DNA of 64,000 nt from Candidatus Bathyarchaeota archaeon (GCA_963726255.1 CAVSBL010000002.1:2048001-2112000), one strand, 5' to 3'; counted from the stretch's first letter, positions 46,848-57,408 are shown. Numbers and translations: made by a program. Notes: generated by a model from the sequence alone, not told the origin.

Positions 46848-47648
46848 CTAAGTCCTCAATTTACCGAGAAAACTCAATACGTGCATATTGAAGTCCTCAG
46901 GGTTTTCCAAGTTGCTCATGTGCGCGGCGTTAGGGATCACATGAAATTCTGAGTTTGGAATTCTGCTGTGTATCTCCTGCGAGGCTGAAGGGGGAGTAAG
47001 CGTGTCATGTTCGCCCACAAGAATAAGCGTCGGAACCTTGATGCTCGCTAGTGCTTCAGTCGTGTCCGTCCTACTGGCTAAAGCTAACAATGCTCCGCAT
47101 ATGCCGGGCGAAGAATTCCCCTGAATTATCCGCTTAATCTTCTCAACCGCAGCTTTGTTGCCAGTAAAGCTCTGTGGGGCGAACACTGATTTGACAAAGT
47201 TATCCGCATACGCATTAACCCCATTGGTTTTGACGGATTTGATTGCGGCCGCGCGCTTCAACTTGGCTTCGTTGGAATCCGCCTTGGCCTGCGTGTCAGC
47301 GAGAATCAGCGCCCCCACCCTCTCAGGGTTCCTCTCAACCGTTCTAAGCGCAATGTACCCGCCCATCGATAGCCCGCAGAGCAGCGCTCTCTCAATCTTC
47401 AGGTAGTCGAGCAGCGCGAGTAGGTCGTCCACAAAGAATTCGAGCGTGTATTGTCCGTCGCCGACCCCGCTGCTCCCGAGCCCACGAAGGTCGTAAGCGA
47501 CAATCCGATACTGTTTCTGCAGCGCCTGGATTTGCGGGGTCCACATTTCATGGCTGAAGGGAAAGCCATGAATCAGAACGACCGCCAACGCGTTTGGAGC
47601 GCTAACATCAACAAAGTTGACCTCAATCCCATTGATAACCGCCTTCAT
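46848..47648 (-). CDS. Alpha/beta hydrolase (enol-lactonase-like)
   Basis: IHGFP, GLSMGG, GEHD, AAH. Confidence 0.92.
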   Translation of the reverse strand: MKAVINGIEVNFVDVSAPNALAVVLIHGFPFSHEMWTPQIQALQKQYRIVAYDLRGLGSSGVGDGQYTLEFFVDDLLALLDYLKIERALLCGLSMGGYIALRTVERNPERVGALILADTQAKADSNEAKLKRAAAIKSVKTNGVNAYADNFVKSVFAPQSFTGNKAAVEKIKRIIQGNSSPGICGALLALASRTDTTEALASIKVPTLILVGEHDTLTPPSASQEIHSRIPNSEFHVIPNAAHMSNLENPEDFNMHVLSFLGKLRT

Positions 47649-47865
47649 CGATTGCCACTTTACCTACCGTTGCTGGCTTAGTAATCCGACAGTTCTGCTT
47701 AAGCCTCGCCCTAGCGATGTCATGCTGGAGAAAATGATGCCTAGCATATGTTATACACCCGCATTTCCCCTCCTGCCTTAAGGGCGAGTGACATGTTGTC
47801 CCCGCAAAACTAAGCCCATTAAACCTAATCGAGGCGTTTCACGCTAAGGACACTTGTGGTTGCTA

Positions 47866-48966
47866 ATGCTCAGGGTCATTATGCACATTGACATGGATGC
47901 CTTCTATTCCTCCGTCGAGCAACGCGAGAACCCAGACCTGAGAGGCCAGCCAGTCATCGTCGGCGCAGACCCGAAAGGGGGAAAGGGCAGGGGCGTCGTC
48001 GCTGGCTGTTCTTATGAGGCACGGAAGTTCGGTGTGCACTCCGCTCAACCAATCTCCATAGCCTACAGGCTTTGCCCGAACGGAGTCTACCTGAGGCCAA
48101 ACTTCACGCTCTACGAGCAGGTTTCAGAACGAATCATGGAACTGCTCAGGCGGTTCTCAGAGAAGCTCGAACCGATGAGTATCGATGAAGCCTTCATAGA
48201 CGTTTCAGACAAGCTGGCCAGCTTCGAGGAAGCCGCGGGGCTGGCCGCAAAGATAAAGCAAGAAGTGAAGGAGAAGGCTGAGTTCACCTGTTCGGTCGGC
48301 GTCGCGCCAAACAAATCAGTCGCCAAAATAGCCTCAGACTTCAAGAAACCTGACGGCCTAACCATAGTCCCACCAGAGAAAGTACAGAAATTTCTAGCTC
48401 CGCTACCGGTTGGCAAAATCAGTGGCATTGGTAAGAAGAGTTCCGAAGTTCTCGGCGCGAGGGGTATCAAAACCATTGGGGATTTAGCCGCAACCCATCC
48501 CAGCAAGTTGACTGAAGCTTTCGGCAAGTATGGGACGCGCCTATGGCAAGTTGCCAACGGCATAGATGATGAGGAGGTGATCACCTCCTTCTCGATTAAG
48601 TCCATCAGCTCCGAAACCACATTCGAAGAAGATGTGACTGACCGGGGGAAGGTAAGAGAGGCCTTTGCTTCGCTGATTCAAGACGTTCATGCCCGTGTCC
48701 AATCGCAGAATGTCCTCTTCCGCACTGTCGGCATCAAGGTACGCTTGGAAGATTTCACAACGTTCACGCGGGCCAAGACCCACCCGAGGTACAGCGACGA
48801 CAAAGCCGTCATGCAAGAATGCGTGAAGGAACTCTTCAGCGAATTCGAGAAGAGCCCGGCGAAAATTCGGTTAGTGGGCGTTCGGGTGGCTAACTTCAGG
48901 AGGATGGACGCCGAGCAGGAAACATTACTGAGTTGGGCGGCCAGGGGTTCAGGGGCGCAGGGCTAG
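47866..48966 (+). CDS. dinB: Y-family DNA polymerase IV
   Basis: HIDMDAFYSSVE, SYEARKFGV, SIDEAFID, ASDFKKPDG. Confidence 0.96.
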   Translation: MLRVIMHIDMDAFYSSVEQRENPDLRGQPVIVGADPKGGKGRGVVAGCSYEARKFGVHSAQPISIAYRLCPNGVYLRPNFTLYEQVSERIMELLRRFSEKLEPMSIDEAFIDVSDKLASFEEAAGLAAKIKQEVKEKAEFTCSVGVAPNKSVAKIASDFKKPDGLTIVPPEKVQKFLAPLPVGKISGIGKKSSEVLGARGIKTIGDLAATHPSKLTEAFGKYGTRLWQVANGIDDEEVITSFSIKSISSETTFEEDVTDRGKVREAFASLIQDVHARVQSQNVLFRTVGIKVRLEDFTTFTRAKTHPRYSDDKAVMQECVKELFSEFEKSPAKIRLVGVRVANFRRMDAEQETLLSWAARGSGAQG

Positions 48967-49145
48967 GGCCGCAAGATGCTGAGGTCAAGAGATGCCCTGT
49001 GAATGGCGCAATTATTGTCCGTAGGCGTGCCGCAACGAATACCGGCAAAGCGCCCTGCATGTCCTTGTAATTCAAGCCTCTTCGCGTTTGATTGGTGACC
49101 TGTGGCGTCATAAATGGTTTCCATGATGTGGGAGCCGTTTCGCTC

Positions 49146-49379
49146 TTACTGCTTAACCTTGGAGAGGTCGATCCTCTCCAATTCCACGCGCAATTCCACC
49201 AGCCACGCCGCGAATTGTCCTGCTTCTGGGCATACGATGCGTAGGTGTCCGTCAGGAAGAATCGTGATGCTCCCGTTCTCTTCGGTTTTTAGGGGGATGA
49301 ATATGGACTCTCGGTGCAGGTTGAATGAGTCCGTTATCTCCAGAATCCTGAGGATCTGGTCGGGGCGTAGAGCGCTCAT
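49146..49379 (-). CDS. Small hypothetical protein
   Basis: 77-aa ORF with plausible composition, divergent from hdrC. Confidence 0.55.
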   Translation of the reverse strand: MSALRPDQILRILEITDSFNLHRESIFIPLKTEENGSITILPDGHLRIVCPEAGQFAAWLVELRVELERIDLSKVKQ

Positions 49380-49527
49380 CCTTGTTCGCTGGCCTGTAGC
49401 CGGCTACTTACTGGCAATTGATTAAGGCAGCCACTGCATTTAGTTTAGTTATTCTGTAGTATCCAACTGCTACTCTATATGCTAAACATAAGACACGACC
49501 TTTCACGTAACACCTTTTGCGATATCC

Positions 49528-50133
49528 ATGCAAGCGGAGCTCGCTCATCGGAGAGTAGACTCTCTAAGCGAAGTATTTCTCGAAGACGTATACGCCATCC
49601 CCGGCGGGCACAAGGTCAAGGAATGTATTCAATGCGGCACCTGTAGCGCCTCCTGTCCCACAAGCTACGCGATGGACTACACACCAAGAGAGGTCATCGC
49701 AGCGCTCAGGGCTGGCATGCTTGACCGTGTTCTGATGAGCAACACAATCTGGCTCTGCGCCTCATGCTACTCCTGCACCGTCAGGTGCCCATCAGGAATC
49801 AAACTCACGGACGTCATGTACGAGCTCAAACGGCTGGCAATCGAGTTCAACCTCGTCCCCAAGAACGTCAAAACGCCCATAGTATCGAAACTGTTCGTCA
49901 ACATCGTCGATAAGTACGGTCGCATCTCAGAAACTGAACTCGTTAGCAAATTCATGATGAAGACGAACCCACTATCAACCCTCAAAATGATACCTCGGGC
50001 CTACAAGTTATTCATGCGGGGGAGGCTACCGCTCATTCCTCACCGAATCAAAGGAACACGCGACCTACGCAAGAGCACTGAGATGCTGGTTTCCGGCGTG
50101 CATCCGGGAACAGCCTCCAAGGGGGCGCAGTAG
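49528..50133 (+). CDS. hdrC: Heterodisulfide reductase subunit C
   Basis: CIQCGTCSASCP and WLCASCYSCTVRCP. Confidence 0.92.
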   Translation: MQAELAHRRVDSLSEVFLEDVYAIPGGHKVKECIQCGTCSASCPTSYAMDYTPREVIAALRAGMLDRVLMSNTIWLCASCYSCTVRCPSGIKLTDVMYELKRLAIEFNLVPKNVKTPIVSKLFVNIVDKYGRISETELVSKFMMKTNPLSTLKMIPRAYKLFMRGRLPLIPHRIKGTRDLRKSTEMLVSGVHPGTASKGAQ

Positions 50134-50137
50134 AAAG

Positions 50138-51043
50138 TTGCAATCTCAACTTGAATTCTCGTATTACCCTGGTTGCTCGGTTGAGGGAATGAACAAATCC
50201 TACGACAAAGCTAGCCGCTTAGTCTGCGAGGCTCTCGGCATCAACCTAGCCGAGCTCAATGACTGGAACTGTTGCGGTGCCACCTCATACATGGCCATCA
50301 ACGAACAGAGGGCGCACGTTCTCTCAGCAAGAAATTTGGCGTTGGCGGAGAAAGAGAAGAAAGACCTCGTAGTCGTCTGCCCTGCCTGCCTAACAACCCT
50401 AACCAAAACCAATCGCTACATGGGCGAAGATCCGAGGCTGAACAGAACAATCAACTCAGCTCTGAGCGCCGCGGGCCTGCGGTACCAGGGTGGCGCGAGG
50501 GTTAGGCATCTTCTAGAAGTGATCGTTAACGAGGTGGGCGAAGCCAGAGTCAAGTCCAGGGTAAGAAAGTCGCTCATGGGCCTCATGGTCGCGCCGTATT
50601 ATGGTTGCCAATTAACTCGGCCTTTCGGAGAAATCGACGACAAGGAATTCCCAACGATACTCGACAAACTGCTCTCTTGGTTAGGAGCGAAACCCGTCGC
50701 TTTTCCGATGAAGACGAAGTGCTGCGGCGGCATGCTAATGATGACTAACGAAGCCGTTGCATTGGGGTTGACGAGAAACCTTCTGGCTTCAGCGAAACAA
50801 AATGGGGCAGAGTGCATTGCTACTCTTTGTCCACTGTGCCACATGAATTTGGAAGCGTACCAAGGCAACGTGAACAAGCTCTTTGGAACAAGCTTCAACG
50901 TTCCAATACTTTACTTCACACAATTGCTGGGCCTCGCCTTCGGTTTCTCGCGAAAATCGCTAGGCGTTGACGAAGAACTCACGCCTAGCAAAGAATTGCT
51001 GAAGAAAACTTGGTGGTTGTACGAGAGTTGTCAGAAAAGATAG
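50138..51043 (+). CDS. hdrB: Heterodisulfide reductase subunit B
   Basis: YYPGC, WNCCGA, CPAC, YYGC, CCGG, CPLC (two CCG domains). Confidence 0.94.
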   Translation: MQSQLEFSYYPGCSVEGMNKSYDKASRLVCEALGINLAELNDWNCCGATSYMAINEQRAHVLSARNLALAEKEKKDLVVVCPACLTTLTKTNRYMGEDPRLNRTINSALSAAGLRYQGGARVRHLLEVIVNEVGEARVKSRVRKSLMGLMVAPYYGCQLTRPFGEIDDKEFPTILDKLLSWLGAKPVAFPMKTKCCGGMLMMTNEAVALGLTRNLLASAKQNGAECIATLCPLCHMNLEAYQGNVNKLFGTSFNVPILYFTQLLGLAFGFSRKSLGVDEELTPSKELLKKTWWLYESCQKR

Positions 51044-52986
51044 GCGTCTACGTGTGCCATTGCGGGACGAACATAGCCCGCACCGTGGACTGCAAGGCCG
51101 TCGCTGAATATGCGCGTTGCCTCCCCAACGTAGTTGTAGCCCGGGATTACCAGTACACGTGCTCCGACCCCGGCCAAGAAATGATCAGGAACGATATCAG
51201 CGAATTTGGGTTGACGCGGGTCGTCGTTGCCTCATGCTCACCCTTGATGCATGAGCCGACCTTCAGGCGCGCCGTTGCAGGTGGTGGCCTGAACCCGTTC
51301 CTGTTTCAAATGGCCAACATTCGGGAGCAATGTTCGTGGATAACCGAAGACAGAGAGTTGGCCACTGAACGCGCTAAGGCCATTGTCGGCGCAGCCGTAA
51401 TGCGCGTGATTTTCCATGAAGTGCTCGAGGTCAAGAAGGTTCCAGTGAATCCGGACGTGCTGATCGTTGGAGGCGGTATCACGGGAATTGAGGCTGCGCT
51501 TCAGATTGCGGATTCAGGGAAGAAGGTGTACCTCGTCGAGAAGGAACCCTCAATTGGGGGTTATATGGCGCGGTTCGACAAGACTTTTCCAACACTCGAC
51601 TGTGCGGCCTGTATCCTTACTCCCAAGATGGTATCCGTCGGCCAGCACCCAAACATTGAACTCCTAACTTACAGCGACGTCGTCGGCTTCTCAGGGTATG
51701 TAGGGAACTTCACCGCACGAATACGCAAGAGGCCTAGGTACGTTGACGAGGAGAAATGCACTGGCTGTGGCCAATGTGAGCAAAAATGCCCGTTGAGTGT
51801 GCCAAGCGAGTTCGAATGTGGCTTGGGTAAGAGGAAGGCAATCTACAGGCCGTTTCCACAAGCCGTCCCGGGCACACCGGTCATAGACAAGGAACACTGC
51901 CTATACTTCACAAGAGGCGCCTGTAAGGTCTGCGTCAAATTCTGCCCGAAAGGCGCAATCGACTTCGAACAAAAAGAGAGTTTCCTCGAAGTGCCGGTTG
52001 GCTCCGCAATCCTAGCCACAGGGTTTGATGTTTTCGACGGCGCGCGTGTGAAAGAATACGGGTATAGCAGATTTCCCAACGTCATAACGAGCCTAGAATT
52101 CGAGCGCCTAACGCATGCATCGGGGCCAACCGCAGGCAATATAGTTCTCAAGAACGGCAAAACCCCTGAGAGCATAGCAATCATTCACTGCGTCGGAAGC
52201 CGAGACCACAACTACAACGAGTACTGCTCACGCGTCTGCTGCATGTACTCACTGAAGACAGCTCACCTAGTTCGGGAGAAAACAGCCGGGAAGGTGTATG
52301 AATTCTACATTGATATGCGGGCGGCTGGGAAAGGCTACGAGGAATTCTACAAACGGCTACTCGAGGAAGACGTGACCTTCGTTAGGGGAAGAGTGGCCGA
52401 GGTCACAGACGTAGCCGAAACTGCCGCCGAGAAAGGCAAGCTCGTGGTTATGGCTGAAGACACACTCCTAGGCATCGTACGCAGGATCCCAGTTGACATG
52501 GTCATCCTTAGCGTTGGGCTCGAACCGAGGCGGGACGCAACAGATGTTGCCCACACATTCTCCATCAGCAGAAGCAAAGACGGGTTCTTCCTAGAGAAAC
52601 ATCCGAAACTCGCGCCCGTCTCCACAGCCGTCGACGGCGTCTTCGTGGCGGGTGCTTGCCAGGGACCTAAGGACATCCCCGATAGTGTTGCGCAGGGGGC
52701 AGCCGCAGCGGCCAACGTTCTCTCATTGATTGATAGGAAAACAGTGGAACTTGAATCAGCAATAGCGCTGATCAACGAGGCATCATGTTCCGGCTGCAAG
52801 ATATGCGTCGAATTATGCCCGTACCATGCAATAACCTACGACGAGGAAAGAAAACTCGCCGTGGTAAACGAAGCCTTATGCAAGGGATGCGGCGTCTGCG
52901 TGGCAGCCTGTCCTTCCAGTGCGATTGAACAGCAGAACTTCACGAACCCGCAGCTCCTAGCCGAGATTGAAGCTATCTGCACATGA
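51028..52986 (+). CDS. hdrA: Heterodisulfide reductase subunit A
   Basis: IGVYVCHCG, GGGITG, KTFPTLDC, CSRVCCM, GPKDIP, ferredoxin motifs; likely TTG start at 51028. Confidence 0.95.
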   Translation: MSEKIGVYVCHCGTNIARTVDCKAVAEYARCLPNVVVARDYQYTCSDPGQEMIRNDISEFGLTRVVVASCSPLMHEPTFRRAVAGGGLNPFLFQMANIREQCSWITEDRELATERAKAIVGAAVMRVIFHEVLEVKKVPVNPDVLIVGGGITGIEAALQIADSGKKVYLVEKEPSIGGYMARFDKTFPTLDCAACILTPKMVSVGQHPNIELLTYSDVVGFSGYVGNFTARIRKRPRYVDEEKCTGCGQCEQKCPLSVPSEFECGLGKRKAIYRPFPQAVPGTPVIDKEHCLYFTRGACKVCVKFCPKGAIDFEQKESFLEVPVGSAILATGFDVFDGARVKEYGYSRFPNVITSLEFERLTHASGPTAGNIVLKNGKTPESIAIIHCVGSRDHNYNEYCSRVCCMYSLKTAHLVREKTAGKVYEFYIDMRAAGKGYEEFYKRLLEEDVTFVRGRVAEVTDVAETAAEKGKLVVMAEDTLLGIVRRIPVDMVILSVGLEPRRDATDVAHTFSISRSKDGFFLEKHPKLAPVSTAVDGVFVAGACQGPKDIPDSVAQGAAAAANVLSLIDRKTVELESAIALINEASCSGCKICVELCPYHAITYDEERKLAVVNEALCKGCGVCVAACPSSAIEQQNFTNPQLLAEIEAICT

Positions 52987-53045
52987 AGCGGCCCCAGAGC
53001 TGGCCGCATACTCCAAGCCTAAGATTACATGTTTCGCTACGCTAT

Positions 53046-53381
53046 CTAGTGGACGTACCTGGAGACTAAGCCTAGAATGCCTCCAACAAGGACTAGGAGG
53101 CCGCCGATTCCTCCGCCGACCAAGCCAACAACTATCAGTACGACTGCCGAGAGAAGTTCCGTAACACGCTTCGACAAATAGATGGCTATTATACCTAGTA
53201 TGATGCCCACAATGGCTCCAAAGCCCGCGAAAAGCCCGAGCCTAGGCAGCCCAATAGATGTCATGAATGCCATCCCCACAAAACTAAGCACGCTGAGCAG
53301 AATCAGCAAAATGCCGCCAACCAAAGCCAAAACATAAGCGAGCCGACCGAGTGACGTCTTAGCCACGACTCTATCCTCCAA
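53046..53381 (-). CDS. Small Gly-rich membrane protein
   Basis: Four hydrophobic segments, GGGIGGLLVLVGGILGL. Confidence 0.7.
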   Translation of the reverse strand: MEDRVVAKTSLGRLAYVLALVGGILLILLSVLSFVGMAFMTSIGLPRLGLFAGFGAIVGIILGIIAIYLSKRVTELLSAVVLIVVGLVGGGIGGLLVLVGGILGLVSRYVH

Positions 53382-53465
53382 CTACAATTTTTCCCATCAA
53401 CTACCCAAGTTGTTCTTAAGCTTTGACAACTACATTATGGCCTCTCGCAGGCTCACGTTAGGAAA

Positions 53466-53798
53466 TCACCGTTTCACCTGTACTCTAAGGTCTTTCACCA
53501 CTGCTCTAATCACCTTGAAGTGCTGATCTCGCGTAACAAGTTGAAGACCCAGCCTGACTGTGATGGCGGAGATCACCAGATCCAAGGCCGGGACCGGCGT
53601 CCCCTGTTTCAGCATCTCGGCGGACCAAAGTAAGGCATTGTCAAAGTCCTCTCTCGTAGGGTACAATATTCCAAGTCTGATTAGTTCGACGGCTTTAGGG
53701 AATTCAATTAGATTTAGAATTGTTGTGAATCCTTCCGCTTGGACTCCTGCCCTACGTAATTCGATCAGTTCGCTTGAATCGTAGAGGTTCTCTTCCAT
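53466..53798 (-). CDS. VapC-like PIN-domain toxin
   Basis: LYDSSELI, ALDLVIS, VTRDQHF. Confidence 0.85.
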   Translation of the reverse strand: MEENLYDSSELIELRRAGVQAEGFTTILNLIEFPKAVELIRLGILYPTREDFDNALLWSAEMLKQGTPVPALDLVISAITVRLGLQLVTRDQHFKVIRAVVKDLRVQVKR

Positions 53799-54043
53799 TC
53801 CAATTCCTTCGTTTTCCGGTAGTAACGAATTGCATCCTCGACCGGAATCTTCTCAAGTTCGATGCCCGACTTTACAATCATATCTCTCAGGTCTGAAGTC
53901 GAAGCGCGAAACGCCACAGGCCCTTCAAGTCGTTCTAGTCTTTCGACTATCGCTCTTCTCGCAACCTCACTCCATTTGACGTCAGTTCGCCTCTTCATTT
54001 TCCGGTAAACCTCCTCAGGTAATGAGAGTGTGATATTTGGCAT
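53765..54043 (-). CDS. RHH-type antitoxin
   Basis: MPNITLSLPEEVYRKM...KWSEVARRAI. Confidence 0.85.
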   Translation of the reverse strand: MPNITLSLPEEVYRKMKRRTDVKWSEVARRAIVERLERLEGPVAFRASTSDLRDMIVKSGIELEKIPVEDAIRYYRKTKELEWKRTSTIQAN

Positions 54044-54115
54044 AAGTGTAAACTGTGAGTTCACATAAATAATCATTTCTTAAGAACTGCCCATCCGCGT
54101 GCGGGGCCGAACTCG

Positions 54116-54439
54116 TCAAGCGCGTATGTCGTACCAGTGTAGTTGAACTGGGACCTGCGCGAGCAGCCTTGCTTCGTTGAATAGGTCTATGACTCGTTGG
54201 ACGGGGGCGCTGTCGCCGTTTATGCCGTAGACGTACACGGGGCCGTAGCTTTTCATGTGAACAAGGTTCGCCGCTATCAGTTTCTCTAAATGTTTGCGTA
54301 TAACCTTCCTATCCAACCCGCTGAACTTTGCAATCTTATAGATCGTCAAATCCTCACCCCGATTGCGGGCGAGGACCAACAGAATCCTCAACCGGGCCTC
54401 ACTGCCCAAAGTCTTCAAGAACAGAGGTCTCAGCGGCAA
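54116..54439 (-). CDS. Winged-helix (ArsR-like) regulator
   Basis: LGSEARLRIL, IAKFSGL...HLEKL. Confidence 0.75.
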   Translation of the reverse strand: MPLRPLFLKTLGSEARLRILLVLARNRGEDLTIYKIAKFSGLDRKVIRKHLEKLIAANLVHMKSYGPVYVYGINGDSAPVQRVIDLFNEARLLAQVPVQLHWYDIRA

Positions 54440-54550
54440 GGTGCCTCACGAAGAACAAAAGACCCCCTGTAAAGATAAACAAGAGAGCTAAGTGAAAGTA
54501 TGAGCCATAGTTTTTAGCATGCACCAAGAATTCATATTGCCAGGCGTTTC

Positions 54551-54757
54551 ATGATGAAAGAGCGACGTTTCTTTGTGGCAATCAATTTCACTAAATACAA
54601 AGGCAGGTACGTCGCCATAGTCCGGAAGAGAATCGTCGCTAGCGGAAAAGACGCGAAGATTGTCTGGTTGGAAGCCAAGCGGAAACATCCAGACTCCCGT
54701 CCCGAACTGCTCAAAGTTGCAAAGGGCGAAACGCTTGTGCTTGTAATATGCGAGTAA
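54551..54757 (+). CDS. DUF5678-like small protein
   Basis: KYKGRYVAI...IVASGKD...AKRKHP. Confidence 0.75.
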   Translation: MMKERRFFVAINFTKYKGRYVAIVRKRIVASGKDAKIVWLEAKRKHPDSRPELLKVAKGETLVLVICE

Positions 54758-55146
54758 CCTTCCCATACATCAAAGAGAAGTCTTCAGTTTTCGGTGTGGT
54801 CTTCCGTCCAGTCGCAAAGGTGATTTTTGAAGGGGAATTTCCTCAATGGATGTACGTTGACTCGGGCGCGGACATCAGCCTCATTCCTCTATCAGTTGGG
54901 AAACTCATAGGGTTTCGCCGCGAAAGAGAGGAAAAACTGGAAAGAATTTTCGGTGTGGGCCACTCTTCAATTCCAATTCTGACAAGACGAGTATCAATCC
55001 GATTGGGATTGTTGGAATTTCCTGCGAGGGTTGCTTGGAGTCAAATTGAAGATGTCCCGCTGCTATTAGGACGGATGGATATTTTTCGGAGGTTTCACGT
55101 AACTTTCATGGAGAGAGAAAAAGCAACTGTCTTTTCAACTAGATGA
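54748..55146 (+). CDS. Retropepsin-like aspartyl protease
   Basis: VDSGADISL, PLLLGR; overlaps the upstream gene. Confidence 0.8.
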   Translation: MRVTFPYIKEKSSVFGVVFRPVAKVIFEGEFPQWMYVDSGADISLIPLSVGKLIGFRREREEKLERIFGVGHSSIPILTRRVSIRLGLLEFPARVAWSQIEDVPLLLGRMDIFRRFHVTFMEREKATVFSTR

Positions 55147-55232
55147 CCAAAGGAGGACAGGGCAATGGGATGTCCGGAGTTCTCCAATAAAGTGATTAAC
55201 TCTTTAGGCGCACTCCATTCACACGCTTTGCG

Positions 55233-55673
55233 ATGCTGAGGGAAGTGCTCGAATTGGGGTGCGTCTTCTGCGACCTCATTAACAGAACTACAGCTTCCTA
55301 CCTCATCTACGAAGACGCCGAGTACATAGCCTTCTTAGACAAATATCCGATTTCCGTTGGGCACACGCTCGTACTGCCCAAGAAGCACGTCGAACGCGTC
55401 AATGATTTGACGCCAGAGGAGTTCTGTGCGTTGTTCGCGCGAGTTCACGCCCTGAATCGCCATGTAACCTCAAAGCTGGGAGCCACCGCGTCCCATATTT
55501 CAATAAACGATGGCGCGGCCGCGAATCAACTCATACCGCACGTGCATGTTCACATAATTCCGCGGAACAAGAATGACAGTGCGGGATTCACGGCGAGGAA
55601 ACTACTACGCTCGGTCGAAATGCAAGAAGTCAAGAAGAAATTAGAGGCCAGTGATCTGCGCCTTACATCGTAG
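55233..55673 (+). CDS. HIT family nucleotide hydrolase
   Basis: CVFC, GHTLVLPKKH, HVHVHII. Confidence 0.93.
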   Translation: MLREVLELGCVFCDLINRTTASYLIYEDAEYIAFLDKYPISVGHTLVLPKKHVERVNDLTPEEFCALFARVHALNRHVTSKLGATASHISINDGAAANQLIPHVHVHIIPRNKNDSAGFTARKLLRSVEMQEVKKKLEASDLRLTS

Positions 55674-57408
55674 TTTGCGCAGCTACCATTTTGCCTACCT
55701 CGGGTCCGATTTGTTTTGGTTCAATGATTGGCGCGGTGCAAGCTGTTCCAACGCATATGTAGGCAGTTGGTTGTTCTGTGTTAGGGAACCCCAGGGCTGC
55801 GATTGTTTCGTAGTCCTTCTTCGGGTCTAGGACTTGTATGATTTTGCGCGGCTCATAGACTCGGTGTGCTTCTGCGAGCAGGCCTTTCGTCCCCGGTTTC
55901 TCTAGTGAGCCCAGTATTCGCAGGGTGGTTGGCTCGTTAAGGAACGTATCTACGGCTGTAGCGTATTCGGTTGCCATGAATCCGAATTGTGGGTATATCT
56001 CAACGAAACGCTTCAGTGTCCCTTCGGCCTGACTATGGTAGGTTTCATTTCCTGTCAGGTGGAATAGCTTCGTAAGCACCAGGGCCGCGGCGCTGTTCTC
56101 CTCGAGCGGCTTCGCAGGCTTACTTAGAAAACCAGGTGCGTTTGAGTCCACAACCGTGTCGAAGAAACCGCCATGTTCCGAATCATATAATTTTCGTGCC
56201 GCTATTTGCATCAATTCTTCAGCTAATTCCAAGAACTTCCGATCTGCCGTACACTCATAAGCGCAGCACAGTGTCTTCGCAGTTTGCACCTGGTCGGCGA
56301 GTTGGTTCTGGAGTTGCGGTTGCCCATCGTGGTAATGGTACATACCTTCACCCGGCTTGTAGTTAAGGGTCAGAAGCCTTCGCAAACTCTTCAGGCCAAA
56401 TTCCCGTGCAGATACCTCGCCGAGGGTGAACGACGCTTCCAGGTACGCGGAGGTCATCATGGCATTCCAATTTGTGTAGATATGTTTGTCAATGAACGGT
56501 GGTTTTAGTTTCGCGCGTTCACTCTTGCTCAGTTTGTAGTACTCTTCATCAGCGTCCTGGCTACCGTAGAAGCATCCGTTCTCCTGGTCGCTTAGCCAGG
56601 TGTTAACATAATCGATGATGCCCTTTGATATGTCGGCGTAGAATGGTTCTCCCGTAATCTGGTACGCGTGCAGATACAATTGTAACCATTTCGCGTTATC
56701 CTCGCACATCTTCTCGAAGTGTGGGACGCTCCAGTCCCTGAGGGTTGAGTACCTGAAGAAGCCCCCCATTTCCCTGTCGTATGTGCCGCTGCGGCCGACA
56801 TTCTGAAGCGTCACGGCCGCGAATCGAAGGAATTCGCGGTTGCCGCTGTAGTGATACTTGGAGAGGGCGAGTTCGTGGGCTTCGGTGTTAGGGAACTTTG
56901 GTTGCGTGCCGAAACCGCCGTAAATAGGGTCGAAATTGTTCGCTATCTCCCCAAGAATCTCATCGACAATTGAAGGCGATAGTTGGCCGATTGGGATGCT
57001 CTCAGGCTGGGGCATCTCCAGCTCGGGGGCAGGTTTACCTTGCAACTTCTCCCAAAAGGACTTGACATCCATCAAGACCTGCCTCATTTGTTCAGGTGGA
57101 AAGTATGTTCCACCGCCGATAACGTGGCCATCCGGGGCAAGGAAAGCGGTCGTCGGCCAACCGCCCATGTTATACCGCCGGTTTATGTCAGGTCGCTTAT
57201 CTGTGTCCACCCGAATTGGAATGAAATTCCTCTCAACATAATCGGCGATCTCTGGAACGGAGTATGTGTCCTGGTCCAGTCTGTGGCACCAATGGCACCA
57301 CACAGCACTAATGTCCAGAAGAACGGGTTTGTTTTCCCTCTTCGCCCGATCAAAGGCTTCGACCGTCCAATTTAGCCAACTTATTTTGGGCGATTTTTTT
57401 GCTCCCAT
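55663..57408 (-). CDS. YyaL/SPATA20-like protein (DUF255 thioredoxin + alpha/alpha barrel)
   Basis: WCHWCH, GGWPTT, GGFGTQPKFP, GGFFRYS...PHFEKM. Confidence 0.9.
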   Translation of the reverse strand: MGAKKSPKISWLNWTVEAFDRAKRENKPVLLDISAVWCHWCHRLDQDTYSVPEIADYVERNFIPIRVDTDKRPDINRRYNMGGWPTTAFLAPDGHVIGGGTYFPPEQMRQVLMDVKSFWEKLQGKPAPELEMPQPESIPIGQLSPSIVDEILGEIANNFDPIYGGFGTQPKFPNTEAHELALSKYHYSGNREFLRFAAVTLQNVGRSGTYDREMGGFFRYSTLRDWSVPHFEKMCEDNAKWLQLYLHAYQITGEPFYADISKGIIDYVNTWLSDQENGCFYGSQDADEEYYKLSKSERAKLKPPFIDKHIYTNWNAMMTSAYLEASFTLGEVSAREFGLKSLRRLLTLNYKPGEGMYHYHDGQPQLQNQLADQVQTAKTLCCAYECTADRKFLELAEELMQIAARKLYDSEHGGFFDTVVDSNAPGFLSKPAKPLEENSAAALVLTKLFHLTGNETYHSQAEGTLKRFVEIYPQFGFMATEYATAVDTFLNEPTTLRILGSLEKPGTKGLLAEAHRVYEPRKIIQVLDPKKDYETIAALGFPNTEQPTAYICVGTACTAPIIEPKQIGPEVGKMVAAQTTM

